A stretch of 64,000 bases of DNA from the human T2T-CHM13v2.0 reference genome, Homo sapiens: the NCBI RefSeq assembly GCF_009914755.1, contig NC_060935.1; one strand, 5' to 3'. How positions within the stretch are numbered: position 1 is the stretch's first letter; each line of letters begins with the position of its first letter. The notes below the pieces were generated by a model that was given only the letters and a program-made list of their open reading frames with translations, was not told the origin of the DNA and ran no database searches. A program made the position numbers and the translations under genes. Of the stretch, positions 46,996-63,850 are shown in pieces.

Positions 46996-49900
46996 TGAAT
47001 GTTACAGAATTTGAGAGTAATACTGGTAAAAATGTTATCAACTACTTATTATGATTCAGAGATATACTACATAGAAATTATGATTATATTATATAGGCTT
47101 GTGTATTTGTTGCAGGTAATCTTTAAGTATTTCAGATTATTGAGTCTTTGTCATCATCCTTCAGATTAACTCTTCCATTATATTTGTAACTCTACCTTGT
47201 CTTACCTTTTTTTTAATAGTTAAATTTTGCCCAGAGATGTATCAGTAATTCAGTTATTTGAACTAAAAAAAGTTAGAAAGGCACCTTATACTGAAGGTAT
47301 CAAAAGTTTCATTTATCACTAATGTATCTAATCCAAGAAGATATGAACAGCCATTTTAAAGACAAGATTCCCACTTCAATGAATGAAGTTAATATTCTAG
47401 TCCCTGATTTAATTCCATATGTTCCTTTATAGTAATCATTAAAGTATAAATGCAGTATTTAATTTTTTAAAAGTAGATGTCACTGTTGGAAGAAGAATGC
47501 CCATGAGCATCATGGGAGAAAATATCAGGCGTAATTCTCCTTCCAGATGGCACCCCTACAGGTGAGGCAGCAGCCTGTGAAATTACAGTCTGAATTACAC
47601 TGCAGATGAGCGGGGCATTTGGACCAGAGCCTTCTGATATCAGTAATAAATGACTTGGTTCAGAACCAAGGACAATTCCCAGGAATTTAAAGGCTGTTGT
47701 ATCACATAGGGAGCCTATCGTAAAATGAAGTTTAGCAAAGTGGAAAGTTGAGAGAAAGGACAATGACCATTAGCAATACGTATGTGAATCTTTTCATCTG
47801 CTAATATTTTTAACTGGATATTTTATCTCATGAATGTCTTATTAGTTCTATATATATGCTAGTATTTGCATTGATTTTTCCAAACTAATATTTTCACAAT
47901 GAATAGTGGCTAAGGGCCAGTTGCCAACTGAGATATTACTCTGAAATGATTGCACACCTGTTGTAAATTCTAATCTTGTTTAATATGGTCTATGGAAAAT
48001 TTTTCATTTTTGCAATGCTTGAATCCTTAACAAATGTAGTATAATACACATACTAAATCTTATTTTCAATTAGACAAATCAATTTAAGAGGCAACATAAA
48101 AGGGTGATTCAGAACTTGTATAGTGAGATCAAGGTTCGAATTCTGTCTCATTCACTCCCCATTTATGTGACCGAACTATTATTTTAGATCGCAACTTACT
48201 TAACATAAATAAATTAAATTGGAATAACAATAAATGGTGCTTTGGGGAAGAATTAAATGAAATAATTTTTATAGAGGCATCACAATGAATTTTAACGATT
48301 ATCACCACCATTATTTGTCAGTTTTAATTTTAGAAAACAAAATATCATTTTAAAATAACATTTTAATTTCTACCACAAAAATAAAAAGCAGTTTCATTTT
48401 AACAAATATAATATTACACATAGTATTAATAACTTTTATTTATTCATTTTAAAGTTACATATTGAGTTCCTACTATGTACCAGACACATTTTCAGCCTTC
48501 AGGAATATAGCTTCAAACAATATGACAAAGTCCTTGATCTTGGAGCTGATATTTTAGTAAGGAGACAAAATAAAAACAAAAATAAATAGTATTTTCATTC
48601 ATAAGTGCTATGATGAAATACAAAGCAGGATAAAGAAATGGAGCTTGATGAAAGAAAAAGAAAGGATATTTTATGTAGGAACATCAGAGAAATTCTTTGT
48701 GATAAGGTAACAGCTGAGCTGAAAGATAGAATACTAGAAAACAATTTGACAATGACAAATCAATACAAACTTTTTTGGGCCTTTGTCCAAAAAGGATTGG
48801 AATGTAGTGAATACTTAATTTGTACTAAAGTGTTAATTTTATTTATTTTATTTTCAGTTTTGAAACACAGCAGTCTTGCAGATAGGGACCATTTTTTTCA
48901 CCAAATCTATTATGTTTTACCAGCCAATCTTTTCTTCGTAAGATAGATGCCTTCCATTTAATAATTCCTTGGCATAAATTATAATTCACTATAAGCAACA
49001 GTTGAATGCCTATTTATAAGCATTTGTGTGTGAAATCTGCGTGAATATGTCAGATTGGTAAAGATTTCTTAGTTGAATCCCATAAGTCCCTTGTTCTTTG
49101 AATACATAGATAATATTAATGGGGAACTAACTTGTAAGAATTTTACATATTACTGAAGTACTCTATCCAGAAAAACATGTTTCTGTCAAATCCTTAATTT
49201 TCCTAACGTAACATATTGATAAACAAGCTTTGTTCCTAAGCCTCTGTTTAATAGGCAGTTATTTTTGTATCAATGAATCAGTGAGCTGGGGGGAATAGGT
49301 CAATACCGACGTAGAGTTGCCGGCAATTCAGCTCAGTTCCTTTATAAGTGATTCAAGCATGAGAGCTGTATTTTCTATAAATTAAAATTGCTGTTAATCT
49401 CTTGTGAAGATTATCCATTCTGGGTTTGCAGGTTTTTCTTGTTCTAGAGAAACCTTTAAAATGTTTTTTTAATGTGGTTAAAGAATATTATACTTACCCC
49501 ACTGATCATTTATTTGTGAACAAAACAAATGAGTGGATGAGAACAGTTTTGATATAGAATGCTAAAGTAAAGGTAAAATTAATGTTGGTTCACCCTGAGC
49601 AATAAGATGTACTATGTGCTGAGCACTTGGCTTTCCCTGCTGCATAGGGCTGTTGGGGGGTTGGACCCTAGAAGGAGAAAGACTGACTGAAACTGATAGT
49701 GATTTCTCAGTCATGATTATTTGTCATTTGTATAATAAACTGTGAAGCACAGTATTGGAATGTAGCGTATTTGTGACACCAGTAGTGGCAAATTCTTTTT
49801 TCATTTGTACTGTATTATTTACCCTTTCTTGGTAGAGGATTCATTATCATACTCTAAAATCGGTAGTACACCAGGATCATGTTTCATGAATTTTATTTCC

Positions 49901-50197
49901 ATGAACACTAGTTCTGCAAGGTGTTGATAGATGTTAAATAGAAAAAAAAAAGGTCTGTAGTCAGAAAGTGGGTAATACTTGGTTAAAATATGTTCAGCAG
50001 TTCTCTTTACCATGAGAACTACTCAGAACTTTTAGTGTGCTCATGCACATTATGAATCTCTAATAGGAGGATATGGCAGCTGGCGTTTCTTAAACCTTTT
50101 TGACTAAGGATCCCTCCACTTTCTTTTTTGTTTTTTTTTTTAATACCAAAAAGAAAGTCACTAGACAGGAAATTATTTGGGAAGTGGTTTTCTAGAC

Positions 50198-50419
50198 TAG
50201 AGTTTCTCAACCTTAGTGCTATTGACATTTTGGGCCAGGCCATTCTTTCTTGTAAGAAGCTGTCCTGTGCATTGAAGGATGTTTACCAACATACCTTGGC
50301 TCTACACAGTAGATGCCAGTAGCATCTCGTTCATCCCCCACCCCCAGTTGCAACAATCAAAAATTACTCAGACATTGCCACGTGTTCCCCAGCAGGCAAA
50401 ATCAAGTGGAGAACCACTG
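50198..50419 (-). mobile_element. MER20
   Basis: gtttctcaaccttagtgctattgacattttgggccag...gagaaccactg. TSD ttctagac/ctctagat. Confidence 0.88.
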
Positions 50420-50702
50420 CTCTAGATGGATATTGCATCATTCCAGGGAGTTATAGGGCTTGTTAATAATGTCTATCCAAACATTTTTTAATGAGGAAGA
50501 AAGAGTAGTCTGGAAAGTAGAATCATAGATAAAGAAAATGCAGTATATTTTACCACAATAAACTTTCTGGGTTCACTTTATAAGCTGGCCTGATTTTCCA
50601 ATAACTTACTGCAAAAAAAAGTTTCAGATTTTGCAGAATATTATTACATCTGTGGCAGAAAAAAAAATATTCTGTAATTAAAAGAGTAGCACCGATGTTT
50701 AA

Positions 50703-50873
<171 letters not shown>

Positions 50874-51830
50874 TAATTTTAGTCTAGCAGAACCAGATGA
50901 ACCTTTGGATTTCAAATAAACTATGCATGGCTGAGGAAGTTCCCGATAGGGTTGAAAGATGTTTGCATTACAAGAAGCTTTAAGACATTTGTTTACTATA
51001 TTGTTGAAAGTAGAATATTATATAAGACATGGGGGACTCCAAGGTAATGGTATTCTCAAGAATGCTTTTATTAAAAGGTCCTTTTAATAAATATCTAAAG
51101 ACTAGGTTTTGGAAGCTTTTTGATATTCAAACTCAAATCTAACAAACTCCTTTTTATTTTTAATCCTCATGTCATTTAGTTCCCTTTTTTCCCAATGGCA
51201 TATTTCATTCTAAGTTGGAAATTATTCACGACTTCACTAAATCTGTAAACCCGACTTCTCTGTGATTTTCTGAGAACATTTCAAGTAGTGACTGGTTTCT
51301 AATGAGTTTTAAAAGTGCCACATAACCAATCCACATATAAAGGGATCCTAATAAATTTGGAAGGCTTTCTTTTCATGTCTCTGGAAAACATTTAATCATA
51401 TTAACTCTGCATACTCAGAGTGAGATTCTGTTTTTACAGACCATCTGCTGTGAGCAATTATATACATACAAAATAATTGTCTTTCAGGACAGGGATTGTG
51501 TTTGTTTAGCTTTAACTCTTAAATGAGCTCCACAGCTTCTAGGATGTAGATGGAGCATCATCCATGTTTATTGAATTGAATCATTTAAAGAATCATTAAA
51601 ACTGAATTGAATGGCATGTTCCTCCTTCACTTACCTCCCTGCATCTTAACCTTTCTCAAAGCTTCAGAATCAGTAAATGGTTTCCATGGTCAGAATACAG
51701 TTGGTAAAACTGTCACATGAAAGGGGCAGGCATTTCAAACTAGTGATGCAAAGGACTTGACCATAGTTATGCCTCCTACCATCCATGTTCTATGAAATTA
51801 CTTTGGCAGTTTTGGTACAGTTAAAAATCA

Positions 51831-52132
<302 letters not shown>

Positions 52133-52385
52133 TCAGTAAGGCCAAAACATAAATACAGAGAAAATTCTCCAGAACAAGAGAGTTCTTTTTATAATGGCAT
52201 TTAAATGGATTGCCTTTCTTTTTCAAAATGTGCCCATTTTATCACTTTATTTTCTGCAACCATTTCAAGATATGTTCCCAATCTCTGTCATGAACCTGGC
52301 TAGAATTTTTAGATATATTTTACCCTGCAGCAATTGGCTGCAACTTTCTATGATTGCAGTGGCTTTGTTTTTTTAATGACTACTC

Positions 52386-52618
52386 CAGGTTGAATATCCC
52401 TTATCTAAAATGGTTGGGACCTGCAGTGTTTCAGATTTTGTGTTTTAGGGGGGTTTCGGAGTACAGTCTTTGCATTATACTTACTGGTTGAGCATGCTTA
52501 TCTGAAAATCGGACATCTGAAATGTCGCAGTGAGCATTTCCTTTGGGTTCATGTCAGTGCTTAAAAAGTTTTAGAACATGGAGCATTTCAGATTTTCAGA
52601 TTAGGGATACATAAACTG
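52386..52618 (+). mobile_element. Tigger4a (Zombi/MER46-type) MITE
   Basis: caggttgaatatcccttatc...gattagggatacataaactg followed by TA. Internal repeat ggttgagcat matches the recalled consensus. Confidence 0.85.
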
Positions 52619-54289
52619 TAACATTTAATGACTTAAAAACAACATTATATATCATTTGTTGACCATCTACTGGCTGCCAAACAATATACTCTACCTTCAT
52701 TTATGTTACTAGACATAATCCTCACAAGAGCCCTTTGAGATTTTACAGTCTCCTAAAAGTGTCCTGGATGACACATATTAAATGGCTAAACCATGATTTT
52801 TTTTAAACTCACATCTGCCAGCCTGCAGTATTCATGTTCTTTTTACTAAGCCTTGTTTTCCTACTAAAATGTATTTTTTAAATGTGATTATTGCCTTGAC
52901 GTTCTAGGGAAGATCCAAGTAACTGTTTCCAGACCTGCCTGACTTGATCTTATTGAGGAACTGACAGCAACTTAATACATTTAAATTGAATTCTCACTGA
53001 AATTCATTAAGAACTTACAGCAATGTGAACAATGGCAGAGCTATTTCTTATCATCAGAGGGATAAAGTGGAGGTTCATATATCTAGCTCTTTCTATACTT
53101 TTATATAGCTAATATTAGTATTAAGATAATACAGGGGTATATTTAAGAGAGGTCAGCATTTAACTCCTTAAGCAGTGCTGTTGAATCTTATTTGTTAACA
53201 GAATCAAGAGAAAGAAAGTTCAGAAAAGAGTAACAAAAAATAGTCTATTTGTGTTTTTGAGTATGTCTTGATGCGTATCACCAGTCATTTAGATGCTCAT
53301 TGTTTTATCACAAAGCAAAGTTTTCCTTTCTGTTTTTCTGAAGGAAAGATTTACCAAGTAATTAGTAGTAAAAAGGTGATAGAAAGAATGAATGCAGTAT
53401 GAGAGAGGGAAAATATTGAAGGCCCATACAAACGTGATGGGACCACAATTTATTTTTACATGAGTTTAAGTTCAATTTATGTCTCACCATACATATTATG
53501 GTGAGCAGTAAAGGCTTTATAAAGCACAGGCAATAACTGGGATGTTCATCTACCCCATTATCAATCAAGCAATTCCACTGTGTTTTAGAGTTATATATTT
53601 ACTATCTTACTTCTAAGAAAACTAATTTTGTAAAGTTCATGAAAGCAGGTTTACTAGCAACGATTTCTACTATTTCTAGCTAATATTTACTAAGCACTAA
53701 TTGTGTATCAGGAATTGTAATGTTTTACATGCAGCCAACAAGAGATGAGGAGGAAAAATAGGAAAATATTGGTTATGACCAATGGGTGTTTTTACAACTA
53801 CGATTAAGACTAAAATAAATGTATATTTTAGGAGACAACATAGAATATAAATGTTTTATGTGCTAACCGTGTCAAATACTCCATCTCACAAAAATTGGAA
53901 AGGGAATGCAGACAGCAGGTAGAAGTGTTCACATTTTAATTGCTTTATCTTTAATAATAGAAACTTAAAGAATATTATTTAAAGCTGATGGATCAAGTAG
54001 TAGAATTATTAAGTACATTTAGCACTACGAAGCTAACATTAAATTGAGTGATGAGGTTGGTGGTGGTAGATCCTGTCTATGTCTCTTGACTATGGTGGTG
54101 ATTGCATAACTGTGTGACTTTATCAAAGCACATGCAAATATATACCAAAAAGAGTGAGTTTTGCTGCATATAAATTATACTTCAGAAAAGAGACTTTTAA
54201 AATCAGCTGAAGTAGCAATTCCCACCTTCTTCGGGTCAAATGAATTATGAGATAATTTGATTCCTAATTTTTCTGAAAAATAGAAGGGT

Positions 54290-55745
<1,456 letters not shown>

Positions 55746-57607
55746 GCTTGCTTGCTTTCCTTTTTAGTGTTTTTGTTTTGTTTTTGCCTTGTCATCTCAT
55801 TCCTTTGCTCAGAGCAAAATAAGCTTAAATGTTACCATTTTCCTTACTTTGTCCTGAAATTTTATTTATCTCCACTCTTTTCAACCCCCTTTCTCCTTCC
55901 TTCTCTTCCAACAAGTACCGTTTACCTTAGGAACCTGGGGTTCCTCTTTCCGTTTCTTCCATTTGAAAAGCATTAAAATGTGGCATCATGCATAATGGAA
56001 AGCATATGGATTTCACAATTAGACCTTAAGTTGAATCTCTGCTGTGTCAGCTGACTAGTTATCTGGTTAGCTGAAGAAGACCAGGTATTTATTTGGGCAA
56101 GTTACTTTCTGCCCAAGTTACTCTCTGAATTTAAGTTTAATTTATAACATGAAGATTATAATCCAACTTTGTAAAATTATTCAAAAGTCTAAATGAGGTG
56201 CTTGACACAAAGTAGTTGCTCAATAAATGTTAATTCCCAGTCAGAGTTACAACTGGTGAACATGAGATTAGCAGTAGGTTTATACTTTATAAAAGTTATG
56301 AAATGAATTTAAGCATTGTGGTATTAACACTTACCTTTTATACAGCACTTCACATTTTCTACACTTTTACATAGATTATCTCAATATAATCAGCCACTGG
56401 CATTGGTTCATAGTGCTTAAAGGATTCCTTTAGTATTTTCATAACTGTCTACTTCCTCATCTTCAGATCTGCATTTTTCACATTTATTAGTTTGAGTTTG
56501 TTCAGTAATAGAGCAGTAGTGTCATTTTTTATTTTTCAGCATATAATTTTTCAAAGCATATTACAGCTATATGTTAGCCTTAGCTAAACGTTAGTGGGTC
56601 TTGTCATTATTTATAAATGAATGATGGGGAAATGAGTCCAATTTCCAAATAAATATTACTTTTTAAAGATACCTTTATTATATAAACTAGAAATTAATTT
56701 TTAAAGCTCATTTAATTCCCATTTGGTGACTTTCTAGTACATTTTCTTTTATGCATATCAAGCATTTTTGCTACCATTGTTATTTCACTAAAATCTTCAT
56801 ATTGTTCATATATATCATGAAAAAAGTGGTTTATTTTGACTTATTTACTATCTCCTTTGTTTTAAATCTTTTTACTCTGTGGTTATTTATACAAACAGTG
56901 ATACAAAATTCCTAGTGTTTACTAGAAATTGTTTCTTTATGCATCTCTATCTTATCCTTTAGTGTCCAAAAGTTTATGAGGCATTTCTAAGGGATAAAGG
57001 ATTTCCCATCTTTATCTATTCACCATGTGAGCCATTCTAGTGACAAATGAATTCTGGGCAGTGAATCGAGAAGGACACAGATGTCAAAGCCATGAATTTA
57101 TAAATGGTCTGTTAAGAGCATGCTTTTGTCCAATCAGCGCTTTGTTAATTTCACCTACAACAAGAAATAATTATTCAATTATAGCTTCTATCTGACAAAA
57201 ATCAAATGACAAATGTGTCAGAATGCAAAGGTAAAGGGTCAGGATTCTGGCAGGTGGTCCAAGATTTTAGCCAGCTGTGAGGAGGTGGTTATAGAACCAA
57301 ATTGACCTATAACACTGATTACATATCCTTATGCATATTCATAGATCTTACTAACCGAAAGATTAAAAATAATTTTATTTGCAAATTCTAGCAATATAAA
57401 AACTGTGCTTTTCTGTATTTTTGTGAAAGACAAATAATTTGAAAAATACACAACACCCAAAAATAAAATCATGTTCTTCTTTAGTTTCTCTTCTAATTAC
57501 CAACAATTTCAAAATTGTTTTATTACTTTTAGTAAGTTACAATTTTTTCTTATAAAAAAGTTACCTTTAGTTTTATGGTGTCACTAATATATTACTTAAT
57601 ATAGAGC

Positions 57608-57835
57608 CAGAGATAAGTAAATTTTTTCAGTAAAAGGCCATATAGTAAATTTTTTTCAGTTTTATAGGCCATATAGCCTCTGTCCCAACTATTCAACTCT
57701 GCCACTGTAGTGTAGTGTGGCCATAGACAACATGTAAACAAATGAATGTGGTAGTGTTACAGCTAAACTTTATATATTAATACAAAAACTGGCAGCAGGC
57801 TGGATTTGACTATGGGCCATAGTCTGCTGACCCTG
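57608..57835 (-). mobile_element. MER58A
   Basis: aaaaggccatatagtaaat...ggccatagacaacatgtaaac...gggccatagtctgctgaccctg. Confidence 0.8.
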
Positions 57836-58059
57836 ATAGAGAGACTGATGGCATTTTAAAACTTCAGCAAGATTTTAAAAGATATTCTAAAATAGCAGAA
57901 CTGTATCAACTATGTTAAGTATCTTGAATGTCTGTGTACTGCACAACTCCAGAGGATATTCAGTTCCCATTAACTATATAGTGTGAACGGCACTCCCTGA
58001 AGTAGGACCATATGGTGGCCCTGATAATAACCCCCCTCCATTTCTGCTCATTTATATCA

Positions 58060-58250
58060 AGGTTATCTGTATCTAGCCTGCTGCCTGTTTTGTAGATAAA
58101 GTTTTATTGGAACACAGCCATGCTCATTTGTTTATATATTGTCCATGCTGCTTTCACACCAATAGCAGAAAGCAGTAGTTTCAACAAAAGTCAGTTTAGT
58201 CCACAAAACCTAAACTGGTAATTTCACAAAAAATGTTTGCTGATCACCTG
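58060..58250 (+). mobile_element. MER58A
   Basis: ctgctgcctgttttgtagataaagttttattggaacacagccatgctcatttg. Confidence 0.8.
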
Positions 58251-59059
58251 ACTATACCCTTATTATGTTCCTCTTTAATGATGAAACGACAGGGCATAAT
58301 GTGGGAAAGCTTCTGTAATTATTCAGTCCAACAAAGGATGTATCAGAAAGTTAGCCACATACCTAAAGCTGCTTCTGAATTCTTATTTTTTTATTCAGTG
58401 TTTCTCATCCTAAGGATCTGGTTCAACAAACTAAATACACTTCCTTATAGCTGATCCTCTTACTGAGTTAACATTTTCAATAACAAATCAGTTACTTTGA
58501 AGAATTTGTATCAATCAAGAATTTAAACACAATCCAGAGGCTTTACCTGTTTGTGGAGGAAGGGCAGAGTTTGCATGGCAATGGACCGTGGTCTGGTGCA
58601 GCTGGCATACATCCCTCACATGCCTATCAGGGAAGACTTGAGAAACTTCTTATCAGTGACTTAGTACTACGTAGTTTTTTCTGAGTATCTCACAAGTTAG
58701 GTTTGGAAGCAATTGCGTTGGTGCCAGTAAATCTTATCGTGGGCTTTATTTGGAGAATAATTTAGTGCTGCTGTCATTGAATAATAAAATTGCTAAGGCT
58801 GTGGAAATAAACGTTAGGAGGAAGGAGAGAGTAATTTTTCTATTGTTTACACCTGAAAGCTAGTTAATACTCATGGTTTTTGTTTGTTTGTTTTTGTTTT
58901 TGCTGCATTTCTTTGGTACATTTATACTTGTTCCATTTTGCTGATATGGGAACATGTGATTTATATTTTTAATTCATGAGTACCCTAAAAGTTGATATTT
59001 GAGATATTGGAAAGACAAAGTTAATTTTGTTATTTCTTTACTTGTTATTAGTGGAGAGT

Positions 59060-60160
59060 TTCTCCTTCAATCACACTTTCCTTAACTCATGTAACACTTA
59101 CCTTCTTGGTTCTCTTACTTTTGTGGCTCCAGCTTCTCGGTCAAGTCCCTTGAATTCTAGTATTCATTATCTATTCTCCCTAGGTCTCATGAACTCCCTT
59201 TACTTATCTTTCATTTATATGCCTATGGTCTCCAAATTTATGTCTTCAACTTAGATATCCTTTTTTGAATTTCAGACCTTTGTATTCAGCTACATTTCAG
59301 ACATTTTTATTTGTTTATCTCTTAAGCACTAAATGCTCCTGTTCCTTTTGAATCTGCCCATATTTATGTCCTATTATAATGGTTAGTACCACAATCTGTG
59401 CTGTTACTAAAGCTAAATACTGTCATCCTTGACCTTTTGCCCCACAGCCACTCAGCCTCAAAGTCCTCTGAGTTCTACTTCATAAATATCCCTTGAATAC
59501 ATCTCATCCTTGCCATTCCCACAGCAATATCCTAGTTCAGATCACCTGGTTTATTTTAACTATCTCTTAATTTGTCTCTGTTTTCATCTTAGACCCTCCC
59601 ATTATTCTCCACATTGCATTCCAGGTGGTTTGTCTAAAATCAAAATCTAGTCATGTTGCTACCCTATGTAAAATTTTTTACTGGATTATCATTATTCTTA
59701 GAATTAAGTCCAGTTTACTAATTTGGTTTACTCAGCATGTAGTCTTTGGTCTCTACTTACCTTTCTAGCCTTGTGTCTTATTTCTCTCTCAATTAGATTG
59801 TATATGGGCCATCCCATCTATTGTGACCCTTTATGCACACTGCTGCTCACTTTGCCTAGAATACACTTTCCCTCCCCACTCCCAACTTAGTGGGCTTCAG
59901 TTCTTATCTTATATATTATCCCTTCTCCCCTGCTCCAGCCAAGTCTGAATTAGCTGGTTTTGCCATGAGCTCCCTTAGTACCTTGGATGCTCCTGTTCTT
60001 AGTATTTATTACCTCACAAATAACTATGCATTTCTTTTTCAAAATAGTCTAAATATAAGTTTATTGAGGATAGTGATATGTGTCCATAGTCTGTAAATTA
60101 GACTGGCACATGTGTCTGGCACATACTTTATGCTTATAAATATTTTTCTATTAAATGAGA
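59060..60160. mobile_element. L2 LINE fragment
   Basis: Pyrimidine-rich L2-like phrases (tttgaatttcagacctttgtattcagct; aaatcaaaatctagtcatg) and an L2-like end tgtctggcacatac...taaatatt. Confidence 0.65.
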
Positions 60161-60589
60161 GTAATATGAAGTGGTCTTCTGTATAACTATAAAACCCTAT
60201 TACATGATTTTCTTACATGCTACATATCTTTTTAAATGATTTGTCCTTTTCTGCATGTTTTTAGAGGAATATAGGAATAAGTAAAGATCTAGTACCTTTT
60301 AAGTTAGCATACTTTAAGTTTTAATATCAATAAATATGTTTATTTCAGAATTGTTTAATTATATAACCCTATTTTAATTCAAACCCTATCATTGGAATCC
60401 CTGTTTTAATTTTATCATCATGATAATGCGTATCTGTTTTTAAAAGAGGCTACAAGATGAAGCATGGTTGTTTTTCCTGATCTATACCTTCATTAATCTC
60501 CCATTGCTAGTAATCCTTACTGATGGATTTGATATTTATATTTAGGCTTTAAAAAATTATATTCCATAAGAAAGGGAGATAATGCTTAA

Positions 60590-60877
<288 letters not shown>

Positions 60878-61449
60878 TGATTTTATATATGGGCTTTCAA
60901 AACAGTACTTTTCCCATTGTAATCAGTCTAAAACAAATTGAGGTCATAATATTTACCAGTTGACTATATCATCTCTTTAGAATCACTTCTCTGTATATTA
61001 AAACTCCTTACACTCAGTTTTACAGTCCTTCAAATCTAACTCTGAACCGGTTGAATAATTTATACTTACTTTGGCTTAATAAGGTAAAAAGTCCTGCTGT
61101 ATTATCAGTTCTGCTTCATCATCCTCCCCAGCCTTATTTTAGCTTCTCATTTACAGCCAGATTATTCATTCGTGTCATATATTCCACACAGTTTAACTTC
61201 TCTCATTCAGATTTCTTCCAGCGTTTTCAGATTAAGTAATTACATATAGTGAATTTGCCCATGAAACGAAAGCCCTACTATGTTCAGATTTCTCAGTTAA
61301 TTCCTTTTGTGTTTTGTCATCTTATTTTTTGCCATGTTAATCTCTGGGTTTATTATGAATTTTTCTATGTTGAATTTACATGGGTTCACTAATAACTTTG
61401 CAGCAAAAAATAATACTGCTTTTCTTAACTCTTGGTCTGTTTCAACTAG

Positions 61450-61766
<317 letters not shown>

Positions 61767-63092
61767 GTCTTCTCGTTTTAATCACGCTGTTACTTTCATA
61801 TAGCATCAATATTTCTTCTCTGTACAAAGCAGATATTTAGTACATATTTAATTTTCTTAAATGGATAAAGCATTAATAGTATAGAGTAATAAATGTGAAG
61901 TTTCTTAACAAGAGCAGGCTGATTAAAAGTGCGTTCAGCTTTTAAGAAAAACAGTCTGCTTGATGGTTATACGACTTCAGTGCTCTGGTACAGTGAGAAT
62001 AAAGAGTTTATTTGGGCTCTTTGGCTCAGGATAGGAGTGTACAGTTATAACCAACTAAGCCTTAAAGTTGAGCAGAAAGAGGAGAGTTGGTGGAGGTTGC
62101 TGATTTCTCTCTCTAGTGATCTCTGCTTAATGCAAAAACTGCCATGAATAAATAGTTGAGACAGAAAAATTTAGACCTGAAAATAAGGTGTTAAAAAGTG
62201 TATGTACTCTTTTTTTTTTTTAACATTTATTTAAGTAAATAGTTTGTTCTGTATTTTGCAGTCCTCCCACAAACACATTGTACTGTTAAAATGTTTTCTC
62301 AAATTGTTTTCAATAGTGTCTCAGATGTGTGGTTACATTAATTGCATTCACTGGGTTATGATCTACTCCTGGCTGGATCTACTCAGCTGATGACGGTCTT
62401 TACAGCACACTTCTGGTTAGACTGCTGTAGTTGAAAGGTGATTCCATCCCTTCTCCAAAGTATAATGGAGAAGGATTTGAAAAAGGGCAGAATGGGAAAA
62501 TAAAGATATTTCGCTATTTTTTCTCTGGATCGAATCTCCATAGTTTTGCTGTTTTGTTTGAATTGTGTGGTTTCTCCTCATATCTAACAAAACTTATCTT
62601 CAATTATAGACATGAATTTTAAAACAACTTTCTTTTCATTAGCGTGTGTTTTCAAGTTGGCAGTTCCTATAAATGTATTGACTGTTATCACACATATTTT
62701 ATAGCAGTTGTGGTGGGTGTACCATACACAATAGGCAAAATGATGTTAGGTGAAACACAGGAAAACATTTTTTATTTGAAAGTATTTATTTTAGTGTGTC
62801 AGGAAAACTTTAGCACATTAGCACTATGATTTGATAAATACTATTGTTTACAAGGAGCCTAAGTTAAATGAATTTAAGAAAAAATTAACAAGATGATAGT
62901 ACTAGTACTCCTTAAACTTATAAATAATTCCAAAAATTAGCATGTGAGTAAAGTTTGCAAAACTTTGGTTTCCAATAATCATTTGTGCATAAAAGAAGTA
63001 ATGTTTGTCTGGGTTGTTTTTGTTTTATTTTTTGTTTTTTTTTTTTGGACTATTTTTACTAAGCTCTTTCTTCACTTCTTTTTAATGGGTAG

Positions 63093-63287
<195 letters not shown>

Positions 63288-63649
63288 TGACAGTCTACCA
63301 TTGCCTTTGCTAGGCCATTGAACAGATCTGGTTAATAGGTCAGTAAACTTCAAAAAAGTTTAATTCAGTAGAAAAAGTATTAGGAAACCCTGTTTACATA
63401 ATGATTTTTCTTTATAGAGTCTTCATTATTTCCTATCACGTGGTTAGTCAAGAGCACTCAACTTTATCTTCAAAGACCAAAGTTCATGCCCTATTCCTCC
63501 CTTTAACTCTTTACATTTAATTTAGATGGAAGATATGTTTATTTGGTAGAATATTTTATGTTTTATATTTATGTATGAAAAAATTACTGAACTGCTATTG
63601 AGTTACCTTTCAAAAATCTAATAATAATTTAATAGTCTAATAGAAAAAA

Positions 63650-63850
63650 TCCTTTGGAAAAGTTAGGCAGATCTGGGTTCCTATGTGGTTCTACCACTTA
63701 TTTCGTTGTTAAGTTACCTAAGTAATCTGTACTTCAGACTATTCAGTTGCTTTAAGAAAAATGGGGATAATTCTGTTTCGATGACTCATTACATGGATTC
63801 ATGAGATATATGTGAAAATACCTACAATGTAGCCAGAAACGTTAGGTTAT
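63650..63850. mobile_element. MIR
   Basis: ggcagatctgggttc...ctaccactta...aaaatggggataat...atgagatatatgtgaaa. Confidence 0.7.

Noticed and set aside
45870-50419. Inverted MER20 copies as ends of a composite transposon
   Set aside because: Each copy has its own flanking TSD-like 8-mers, consistent with independent insertions at the preferred target.
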